Below are positions 55,084-64,000 of a stretch of 64,000 nucleotides of DNA, in pieces. The DNA is taken from the NCBI GenBank assembly GCA_001662655.1, contig KV460212.1. One strand, written 5' to 3'. The stretch is from Pseudogymnoascus verrucosus. Lineage: Eukaryota. The notes under the pieces were generated by a model. That model was not told the origin of the DNA. It saw nothing but the letters and a program-made list of their open reading frames with translations, and did not search any database. A program made the position numbers and the translations under genes. Numbering within the stretch: the stretch's first letter is position 1; each line of letters starts with the position of its first letter.

Positions 55084-56152
55084 TCATCTGATCTTCTTAG
55101 ACCAGGCTCCTACAAATGCTGCCTTATCCTTGACCGTGAGTCCTACCCTCTTGACTCTCCCGAGTCTCGCCAATGCCTCACCCACCTGGTCCAAAACCTT
55201 CTGTTCCTCAGCATTAACCACCCTCTTTCTCATTCCCGAGCTCGTATCAGAAGAATCCTCTTCGGGAAGATCAAGGAAGTTAACGAGGTATTTGTCCTTC
55301 TTCTCGGAAGATACATCTCCTGGCTTGGCTGTGTTGTAAACGGCTTCCGCGATACGGACACGGATACAGTGCGTCTGCTGGGATAGAAGATTCCATAAAA
55401 ATGACCAGTAGCGGCCTGGTACTGGTGTAGTAATGTCTGGGGGCGAATACCGCAGGTTGATGGGGAATATCTTTGTGGTTGACGGAACATTCAGAAGGCT
55501 GGGGCTCAGTGGGAGAATTCCCTTCCCATTCGTCGTGGTACACTCAGGAAACACCACAATCACGCTGTCCGGGTTTTCGGATACGAGCGTCCCAAGGTCG
55601 ACAAGCTTTACACCTGCAGGTGGAGCTTCTTCTGGTCCAGATAGTGCACGAAGCATCGCGCCCAAGAGTGATATAGGACGCACTTGCCTTGTGCTGGGGT
55701 AAGAGACTGTAAAAACCGGGTCGAAGATTGCTGCCAGGTACAGGGCGTCCACCGGAGATGTGAACGAAGAAGCTATTATGCTTGACGGCGCCGGAAGCCT
55801 TTGTTTCTCGCGTGCGAGAGAGCCTTTCTTCACTCCGTCAATTTGCAAGTCGATCCACCAAATTCCCGGTGCTCCGAGTATAACCCATAGCATAGCCTTT
55901 CTGATAAATGCCCCAAGCGGAAGCCATTGTAAAAAGAAAAAGTAGGCCACGGTGATCGCAAGAAACAGTGGAAGCTTCACGACGAAGAGAAATATATTGA
56001 CAGGAAGATAAAGGGTGGAAGTTGGCGAGGTGACGGGAAAGAAAGGCGCGATGCCAGATCCTACGAAATCAGTTTAGCTATGACCTATCACTGATGCAAC
56101 AGATGTGGTGTTAATATTCACCTCGATCCCGAAACTGAGAATACTTCTCCAT
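55084..56152 (-). CDS. LOA1: Lysophosphatidic acid acyltransferase Loa1/Vps66-like
   Basis: MEKYSQFRDR|GSGIAPFFP, TM segments, SSFTSPVD, VVFPECTTTNG acyltransferase motif; C-terminal KKIR fits a KKxx ER-retrieval signal. Confidence 0.85.
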
Positions 56153-56623
56153 CTCACCGTAACGTAATCGTCGAGGTGAGAAAGCGAATGTAAATAAACG
56201 GGAGGGCAGACGTGGGTGCGACTGCTACTCCGTCACAGTAAGGAGATAACTTATCTCGTCGCAGCTAGCGACAGGTCGCCTTCTCTATACGACAAAAAGC
56301 TCGTTCACTCCAGACTTTCCCATCAAGGTGTGGATTTGATATTCCTGATTTTGTGTAGAGTCGCTGGCTTGTGATCGCGTTGAATGTCGCATACCTGTGG
56401 TCGCATGCATTGATGCCTAAGATTTGAGGTTGTACTGTGCAAGGCTACTGTGGAGTTTGTTTACTCTCAATCCATATTTGGACCCGAGACAACTTGTATC
56501 AAGACCAAAGACCAACGACAATCACAACGACAATCACAACTTCGCCAACCAAACTCAATCCGCTCGAAATACTCTGGGGCATGGTTGCTCAAAGTCAATA
56601 GACATTCCTTATTGTTGTGCGCC

Positions 56624-59600
56624 ATGGACGAAGTAGAAAGCACCGTAAGTTCCACAGCAACCAACCTTTGCGACCGGTTCTCGGGTACTCGTACATCGAA
56701 ACCATAACTAAGTCATTTCACAATCAGATTATGAAGAAATCCCAGATTCGCCCACCAAGCCGCATACCATCACCTGGCAAGGGCTTGTCGGAAATAACTG
56801 AGTCGCAAAACAATTCTCGCCTTAGGCCTCCCGGAACAGTGCCGCAAAGCTTGAAATACACATACTGTATGGTCTTGATTCCGATTAAAACATGCCCAGC
56901 TAACACAGTCACCAACAGCAACAGCCTCCTTACAGATGGTCGGCAATGATGAGCCAAAACGAAAGACACTTGTGGAGCGCGCTGGAGAGCCTGCGAAACC
57001 AAATACAAGCTTTGCGCCAGGACGCTCAGTAGTCAAAGGGACCTCTCTCACCAGTGCACGCAGCACGTCTATGGCCTCATCAACATCATCCCGGCCACAG
57101 TCTTCCTCCTCAAGAAATACCTCAGCCAGCAGCTTTGCAAGTAGCGTCGGGCCAGGAGTTCGTCCTCCGTCGTCATATGGGGCCCGGCCACAGACTTCAA
57201 TGTCCAGGGCCAGGTCGAATACAGCCTCATCTAAGCGCCCCGCAACAGCAATGGACGACCACCTTGATCCTGGAGGCGGTCCAGCAACCGGAAAACGACA
57301 GGGTAGGACTCACTATTCACATATGTCCTCACATCCTTCCCACTCTGGACATCATCAGTTACAGTACCACAAGACGCGGCGCTCCCCTCCCCAATTTGAG
57401 CCCCAAGGTCCATCGTCAAGAGAAGTCTCTATCAGCACTGCTCTAAGTAGACTACGAATCGATGACCACGAGGCAGAAAGTTTGCTGCCAGATGCCACCA
57501 ACCCATTCAATTATTTTCCAGGGTTGTCAATGGGTCCACCTGGTACTGTACCGCGGGAGTTACGGAACGACTGCAATAATAATTCTCTGGTCTTGTTTGG
57601 AGCTTCCGAGAAGAGCTCCAGTCTCCCCAAAACTCCTTCTCAGATTCCAATTCCATCCAAAGCAGAAGTGTCAAGTGCTACTCCAGCTACCCCATCAAGG
57701 GCTCCAATACCTTCCCCCGTGAAAACTCCCTTTTTATCCAAAGATTCTAACATAACCGGCTTTACAGGATGGGATGTTCATGGTCGCATTGCAGACATGG
57801 AAGCGATGTACTTCGAATTGAAAGACACTATGGCAGATACCAATGTGGAGCGAAAAAGTCTCGAGGAGACCGTTAGGCACTACAAGATCAAACGTAAGTG
57901 GCAGCTTGTGAATCAAGAGAGTGTTTAACGCTGACTTTTGCCATAGTACTACAGCTGGAGTCGAAGAATTCTGCACTTGAAGCCAAGAAAACGGCGTTGG
58001 AATCCCAAAACATGACTTACGACTCGAAAATAGCTTCTCAGCAGGCGGAACTGGATGCTGCAAGGCAGCGCGCTAATACTATGATGACAGCTGCAGATGA
58101 TGACCGACGATCTCATCGCATCGAACTGGATGATGCCATTCACAACCATCGTCGGGAGTTGGATCAACTACGCCGAGATATGACAGAAGAGATTGACCGC
58201 CTGAAGAAGACTCACCAGAGAAATACTGATGACGAATTTGAAAGATTGGATAAAGCCCATCGAGACGAAATCCGAGAACTAGAGCGCCGAAATGCTTCGC
58301 ACCTTGAAGAAGAAGAACGTCGCCGTGTACAAGACCTCTATGAAGTAAAGAAGCAAATAACTCTTGAACAACAAAATCTCGATCTGGCAGTTGGTAATAA
58401 AGACCGCGAAATCCAAAGTATGCGGGAACAAATTGAGCAGATGAAGGCGGAGCTTGATCAAGAACAAACCTCCAAGGCAAACCTGCAGAAGTCACTGAAT
58501 GACTCGTCTTCGTCTGTTGTGAACCTCGAGGGAACTGTGCGTTCATTACGTGACAGGATCCAGTTTCTTGAATCTGGAAGCCAAGCACAATCTGACCGAT
58601 TTGAGCTCATGGAAAAGCAGTTGCAGGACGCATTAGAGCAGGCTCAAGAATCGAAATCTAAGCTCACCAAAGAAGAGACTCTCCGCCGCATTCTTTTCAA
58701 CCAAGTCCAAGAGCTTAAAGGTAACATTCGAGTCATGTGCCGAGTACGACCGACAAATCCATCGGAGGAGGTAGCGAAGATTCTGTATCCGGATATTGAC
58801 AAGGAGTCCAAAGAATTGGAACTCCAAGGGCCAGAAGAGAAGAGCAGCCTTGGGACAATAACTCGGAAGACCAACGCATTCACGTTTGATCGCACCTTTG
58901 GACCATCTACTACAAATGAGGAGGTTTTTAGTGAAATATCACAGCTTGTGCAGAGCGCATTGGATGGTTACAATGTTTGCATCTTCTGTTATGGCCAAAC
59001 AGGAGCAGGAAAGACGCACACAATGTCTTCATCGGACGGCATGATTCCACGAGCCACACACATGATATACGAAAAAGCCACTGAGTTACAAGACAAGGGG
59101 TGGACGTATTCAATGGAAGGTTCATTTGTGGAAGTCTACAACGAAGAAATCCATGATCTTCTGGGCAACCCCAGGGAATTCGACAAAGTCAAGCACGAAA
59201 TTCGCCACGACGAAAAGAAGAAACAGACGGCTGTCACCAACCTTAAATCCGTTGAGCTCGACTCACCAGATGCTGTGGAATCTATCCTAAGGCGAGCTGA
59301 CGCCAACCGGAGCGTGGCGGCTACGAAATCTAACGAGCGTTCTTCTCGGTCGCATTCTGTCTTCATTTTGAAGCTTATTGGTCGCAACAGCACCACTGGC
59401 GAGACTTCGGAAGGGACATTAAATCTTGTCGACCTGGCTGGATCAGAGAGACTTAAGCAGTCGGGTGCGGAGGGTGATCGAATGAAGGAGACACAGAACA
59501 TTAACAAAAGTTTAAGCTGTCTGGGAGATGTAATCGGCGCTTTGGGCCAGGGCAAGGAAGGAGGTCATATCCCTTATCGGAACTCGAAGGTAAGTTATTC

Positions 59601-59820
59601 CATGGCATTTCTTGTTCCAGAACTAACGTGTACACAGTTGACCTACCTTCTCCAATACTCCCTCGGAGGCAACTCCAAGACGCTCATGTTTGTCATGATC
59701 AGCCCTCTTGAGGCTCATATAAAAGAGACGTTGACGAGCTTGAAGTTTGCCACGAAGGTGCACAACACTCACATCGGGACAGCCAAAAAGACTACCAGAG
59801 TGAAGGAGAGGGATGCATGA
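56624..59820 (+). CDS. KAR3: Kinesin-14 minus-end motor (Kar3/KlpA)
   Basis: C-terminal motor domain: ELKGNIRVMCRVRP, YGQTGAGKTHTM, NERSSRSH, LVDLAGSER, HIPYRNSK|LTYLLQ; coiled-coil stalk; KRKTLVERAGE tail motif; several introns. Confidence 0.95.
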
Positions 59821-60324
59821 TATGCCACTGCGTAATGTTAGAAGCAACCTGTAGATTGGCTGGTAGCCACTGCTACCTGCTATTGTAAGCATTGGGCATG
59901 ATGAGATTACGGACTATTTGGGGCTGGAGTTGAGGCGTATCGGTATTGGACTTATTGTGGCGATTTATGTATCACACACCTATAGTGCTCCTGGTCTACT
60001 ATAGGTGATTTCTGAATGGAAAAGAAGTATTACAGTTAGTTGTATCTGGTACAAGCATACCCCGTAATGATTTCAAATCCACTCATTACAAGTCATATAA
60101 TATTAAACTGAGCATAACAAAGTGTATTAATTTTCCACGTTCCAATACCCATAAACTATAAGATCAACATGTCCGCCTCAACACGTTTCCCTATCAACGG
60201 TATGCCTCAAGATTAAAGGGGCCGCTGACATAAGCGATGTTGATTGTATCCCCTGCAACTTCGTTCACCCTCATAATCCATCACGTGCTATAGAACCTCC
60301 CAGGTCACTTAATCTGATATAAGC

Positions 60325-62115
60325 ATGCCAGTCAAGGCCCCCTCTGTGCTCTTGACCGAGTGTCTTCAGGACAGAAACTTGACTGTCAAGTCGTCTGATC
60401 AGCTGAGGGATGTAGACTCAGGAGACGACAAGTCGTTCAAGACTTGGATTATGGAGACCATAGATTCCAAGACCATGCTCACCAAAGAGGAGTTAAACCT
60501 GTATGCCTACCAATACCAAGAGAGAACTAGATGCTAATTACTGTGCAGATATAACTCGCTTGAAGAAATAGGCGAAGCCAGGTTGCTTGGGTCCTTGGTG
60601 GATTTAGGACAAGTGCGAGCGTTTGAAGACCTTGATATCCAAACCGCGACAAGGCAACTACAGAGTTCCACAGCTGCCATCGATAAGCAAAATGAAATTC
60701 TCAAAATTCAGCAAGCTGCTTTATCAACGCTGGCCGCGACAGAATTACAGCAACGGCAGCGCAGGTCTATGGCAAATGCCGTACAGCACAGGTTGTGGAA
60801 GGAGGCGCTAGACCAGGTTAATGCCGAAGTAAGTTGACCGTAAAGACCCAAGATATATCCCATTCTCATACGGATTAGGTTGAAGAAGCAGCCAGTGCGC
60901 TGTCAGAACATGTCAGCAGCAATAAGACACAATGTGCCGCGATGGACGCGGCGTTAATCCAGCAGTCAACTAACCTGCTACGGTCCGACGACAAGATCAT
61001 TTCTAGCCTTCAGAAACTATCAAAGACATTGCAGTATGGGATGTCCCCAGAAAATGATACGTTTGAACGGATACGGAAGCTCTGTACCAGGTAATTCCCA
61101 AACATCGTTAACCACTTGCTATTGCTCATGTGTATATAGTCTCATAAAGTACACGGTGGAGGGTGTCCGGCTGCGCCTTGACCGAGCCTACATCGAGGCC
61201 TTGGGCGTGCATCAAGTGGAGAGGAAAGGCACTCCTCAAAATGAACAGGAGGTCATGGAACTTCAAGCGGAGCTAGACTCCCTGTACTCCGAGATTCTTC
61301 CTGTCGCACAGATGTCTGCCGAGCAGCGATACCTCGACTGTGCCGTTCGAGCTATTGCCTCCCAGGACAAGCAAGGACTTGAGAAGTCGAAAACGATTAT
61401 AGAATATGTCCGTTTAAGCACCGTTATAAATATTAAGTGCTATGCTAACCTTATTTAGATTTCGGAATCCACCACCTTTCTCATCGACCGCGCTGAGGTC
61501 TTCAAGCGTCACGTGGAGGCGTACCAGAGTCACATTGCAACATTAAACGCTGTTTTGAAACTCCTCAGCTCAGAGATAAATTCCATTGACCTCTCTCGGC
61601 CCAAAAAACCCGAGCAGCCCCGAAGTCCGCTCCAATCCAGGAGCCACAAGCCTGCATCGCCCAGTCTATCCCGATCTGCCCACCGTCGCCGCTCATCCGC
61701 CTCCTCCTTCGACGAAAGCACCCCTCCAGACCAACAAATTCTCCGAATAATGGGGATTCCGCCACTCGAGGAGTTATGTCGTGATCGTGCCCCAGAAGCT
61801 GTCCTCCATGAAACCCTCAGCGACAAAATCCAGAAGCTTAAGGCGCACGAACAGGGCTTGCAGGCGTCATCTGAATCCGCTATTGGAGATCATCTACAGG
61901 ATGCATTTGCAACGCTGCAATTGCTCAGTGATACGATGTTAAGTGAGACCAAGTATCAGGAAATCCGGCTCCTCGATGAAGAAGTCCAGGAAGCCATTTC
62001 AGGACTGGACCAGGAATTGGCTGACCTGTCGAGTCACCTGCAGAGTCTCGATTTTGAGAGACTAAAGGAGCGTAATTCTCACAAGGAGGCGTTTATTGAA
62101 AGATGGGCCCATTAG
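60325..62115 (+). CDS. Coiled-coil protein, probable augmin subunit HAUS3/Dgt3/Aug3 homologue
   Basis: Five exons join in frame (introns near 60501-60548, 60829-60878, 61091-61139, 61408-61458); N-terminal SFKTWIMETIDSKTMLTKEELNLYNSLEEIG resembles the HAUS3 N-terminus. The gene is solid; the product call is tentative. Confidence 0.55.
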
Positions 62116-62216
62116 TCTATGAATCACCTTGTCTCGTACCAGTGGCACCCTCGAGTGGTGAGTATTTCCAATTCTGAAGTCTATATGATTTTCCCAGTTC
62201 TAATAATACAGTCAAT

Positions 62217-62347
62217 CCGCCCCATCTATAGGTTCCACCGTCATATACAACACGATCCCTTCTGCCTCTTGGCCCAAATCCCTTCAGTCCGCCCATCTAT
62301 AGGTTCCATCATCATATACAACACGATGCCTTCTGCCTCTTGGCCCA
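62217..62347. repeat. Tandem duplication (period 71 bp) of the 3' end of the 62284..63396 CDS
   Basis: CCCATCTATAGGTTCCA..ATATACAACACGAT..CCTTCTGCCTCTTGGCCCA at 62221 and at 62292. Confidence 0.9.
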
Positions 62348-63396
62348 GAGCCCTCGCTCACTGTGAACCGCCTCTTCAACCTCTCTTTCTGCGCCTCCTC
62401 TGCCTCTTCCGCCTCAAGCCTTTCCCTGAGCAGCCTCTCACGCGATTCAGCTCTTTCTCGATCGGCTATCGCCTCGGCAATCACCCGTTCGCCTCGAATG
62501 CTTAAGCCCAAGTCATCGATGACATTTGTCCACCTCCGACTTTGATCAACGACAGGCCTCAGGATCGACCGTAGTCTGGGTGCTGGACTTGGGAGGCGGA
62601 CTGGGCGGGCATTGATCTCGGCGTCTTGGAGCATCAAGAACTCCTCGCGGAGCCGGCGTTCACGTTCTTCCTTAATTTCCGCCACCAGCCTTGCCTCCCG
62701 TCGGTCCCGCAACTCCCGCAGCTCTTGGCGCTCACGCTCTTCCTGGCGCTGCCGGCGTCGCCGTTCGTCTTTTCGGCGCTGGGAGGGAGAACGTTGTCGA
62801 CTGGGGGAGGTGTATCGGAATTCTATCGATGCCGAACGTGGACGACGTGATGTTTCGTGGATGATTGGCCTCTGGCGGCCCCGGGATGGTGATACTTCAA
62901 CGATATAAGCCTCTTCGTTGCTCTCATACCGTGGCGACATGGGTGGCATGAAGACTCTCGGGTCGTAGTATATGGGCGATGCGGTTGGTGGAGGTGTGCG
63001 AGGTCGGGTCGGCGAAGGCGGTGCGTTAATGATGACCACCCGCTCCCTTGACTTGGATCTGGAGCTCCTTCTCCTTCTCCTCGTCGTGCTGGGAAACAAG
63101 GCTCCCATGACCAGGTTGGACAGGGGCCTCCTCTTCTGTTTGGCTCTGGGCGTTGTTACCTCCTCGATGACTTCGACCATGTTCGGGGGCGCAGACGAGC
63201 GCGGTGGGCTCCTGATCTGGGATATGATAAACTCGGAGGTCGGCTCGCCGTACTGTATGAATCGGATGGGTTGCTCCTTCACGACGTGCAGGTCACATGG
63301 ATCTTCTGGATACCCATGCTGGCAGAGCTTCACCCGGTGAAACTCCACTTCTGCGCCGTCAGGATAGGAATCAACAAAGATCTCTGTGACGCACAT
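62284..63396 (-). CDS. Hypothetical Arg/Ser/Pro-rich protein, 370 aa
   Basis: Uninterrupted ORF; N-terminal Cys/His-containing segment, RS-like tracts, R/E coiled coil, C-terminal VVYDDGTYRW. Confidence 0.75.
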   Translation of the reverse strand: MCVTEIFVDSYPDGAEVEFHRVKLCQHGYPEDPCDLHVVKEQPIRFIQYGEPTSEFIISQIRSPPRSSAPPNMVEVIEEVTTPRAKQKRRPLSNLVMGALFPSTTRRRRRSSRSKSRERVVIINAPPSPTRPRTPPPTASPIYYDPRVFMPPMSPRYESNEEAYIVEVSPSRGRQRPIIHETSRRPRSASIEFRYTSPSRQRSPSQRRKDERRRRQRQEERERQELRELRDRREARLVAEIKEERERRLREEFLMLQDAEINARPVRLPSPAPRLRSILRPVVDQSRRWTNVIDDLGLSIRGERVIAEAIADRERAESRERLLRERLEAEEAEEAQKERLKRRFTVSEGSGPRGRRHRVVYDDGTYRWAD

Positions 63397-64000
63397 CCTG
63401 GAACTGTGAAATGCGCGTGGGTTTGTGTGTTGCTGGTGAAGTGTGTTGCTGACTTTTGCTGTCTTTTTGTGAGATGTGATATCGTGTCTCAGTCACCAAA
63501 TCCCAGTGATCGAGCTCCTGTCCTTAAGCTTGCTTTGAGAAACATATAGACGACATAGGTGGAGAAAAGATGGCAAGTTTCTGAATTTGTAGTGGGTTCT
63601 GGGTAGGTCTGTGGCCGGGTGAGAGGTGATAATGTGAACAATCTGTATGTGTAATGGTCCGTGATATGCGGTGAGAGTAAATGTATGGACATGAGTGGCC
63701 GGGTTGAATATATATATACTGGAGGGCTGTAGGAAGTGTAGGAAGTGTGGAGAGTCGTAGGAGGTGTGGCTGGTGCCTTTGAAGGACGGGGTGTGAGTGT
63801 GATAACGGGCAAGAACCAGGACAAAGGGCTGGCGTCTATGGCGGTTGGGGGTCTGCTGTGCCACTTGTTGGGGTCAAGCCACTTCTAGCCCTTGTCAATA
63901 AGCGCAACGGGAGAGGGCAAGTGGAGGCCACAGTGGAGAGGTGTGGCTGGTGGCTGGTAAACTTGTGATCCTTCCTCATGCTCACCACATTGTGGACAGG

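Overview
Gene-dense, intron-rich fungal nuclear DNA. It appears to be a filamentous ascomycete (Pezizomycotina), inferred from gene content, short GT-AG introns with CTRAC branch points, and an augmin-like gene. It carries about 27 protein-coding genes, almost all housekeeping: CDC37, RTT103-like, CLC1, COX7, a mitochondrial PPR-like protein, a ~2500-aa USP34-like deubiquitinase, GUA1, POP3-like, BUD4, a BTB protein, SET9, uL14m, RPB9, ESS1/Pin1, DHFR, SFC1, twinfilin, MED22, PKA catalytic subunit, PUS1, TFA1, ILV3, a Ser/Thr kinase, LOA1/VPS66, kinesin-14 (KAR3/KlpA), a HAUS3-like protein and one unknown. Nine pairs are head-to-head. I found no transposon, CRISPR array, rRNA, tRNA or secondary-metabolite cluster, and no clear new multi-gene system. 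The best leads are at the splicing level. One is a 465-nt, in-frame, stop-free intron-like segment (candidate exitron) in the kinesin-14 tail that encodes an SxIP motif and SP/TP sites. Others are shorter stop-free in-frame introns in BUD4 and RPB9, and two GC-AG introns. The gene next to the kinesin-14 looks like an augmin HAUS3 orthologue. Exon boundaries were read by eye and family calls come from recalled motifs, not database searches.
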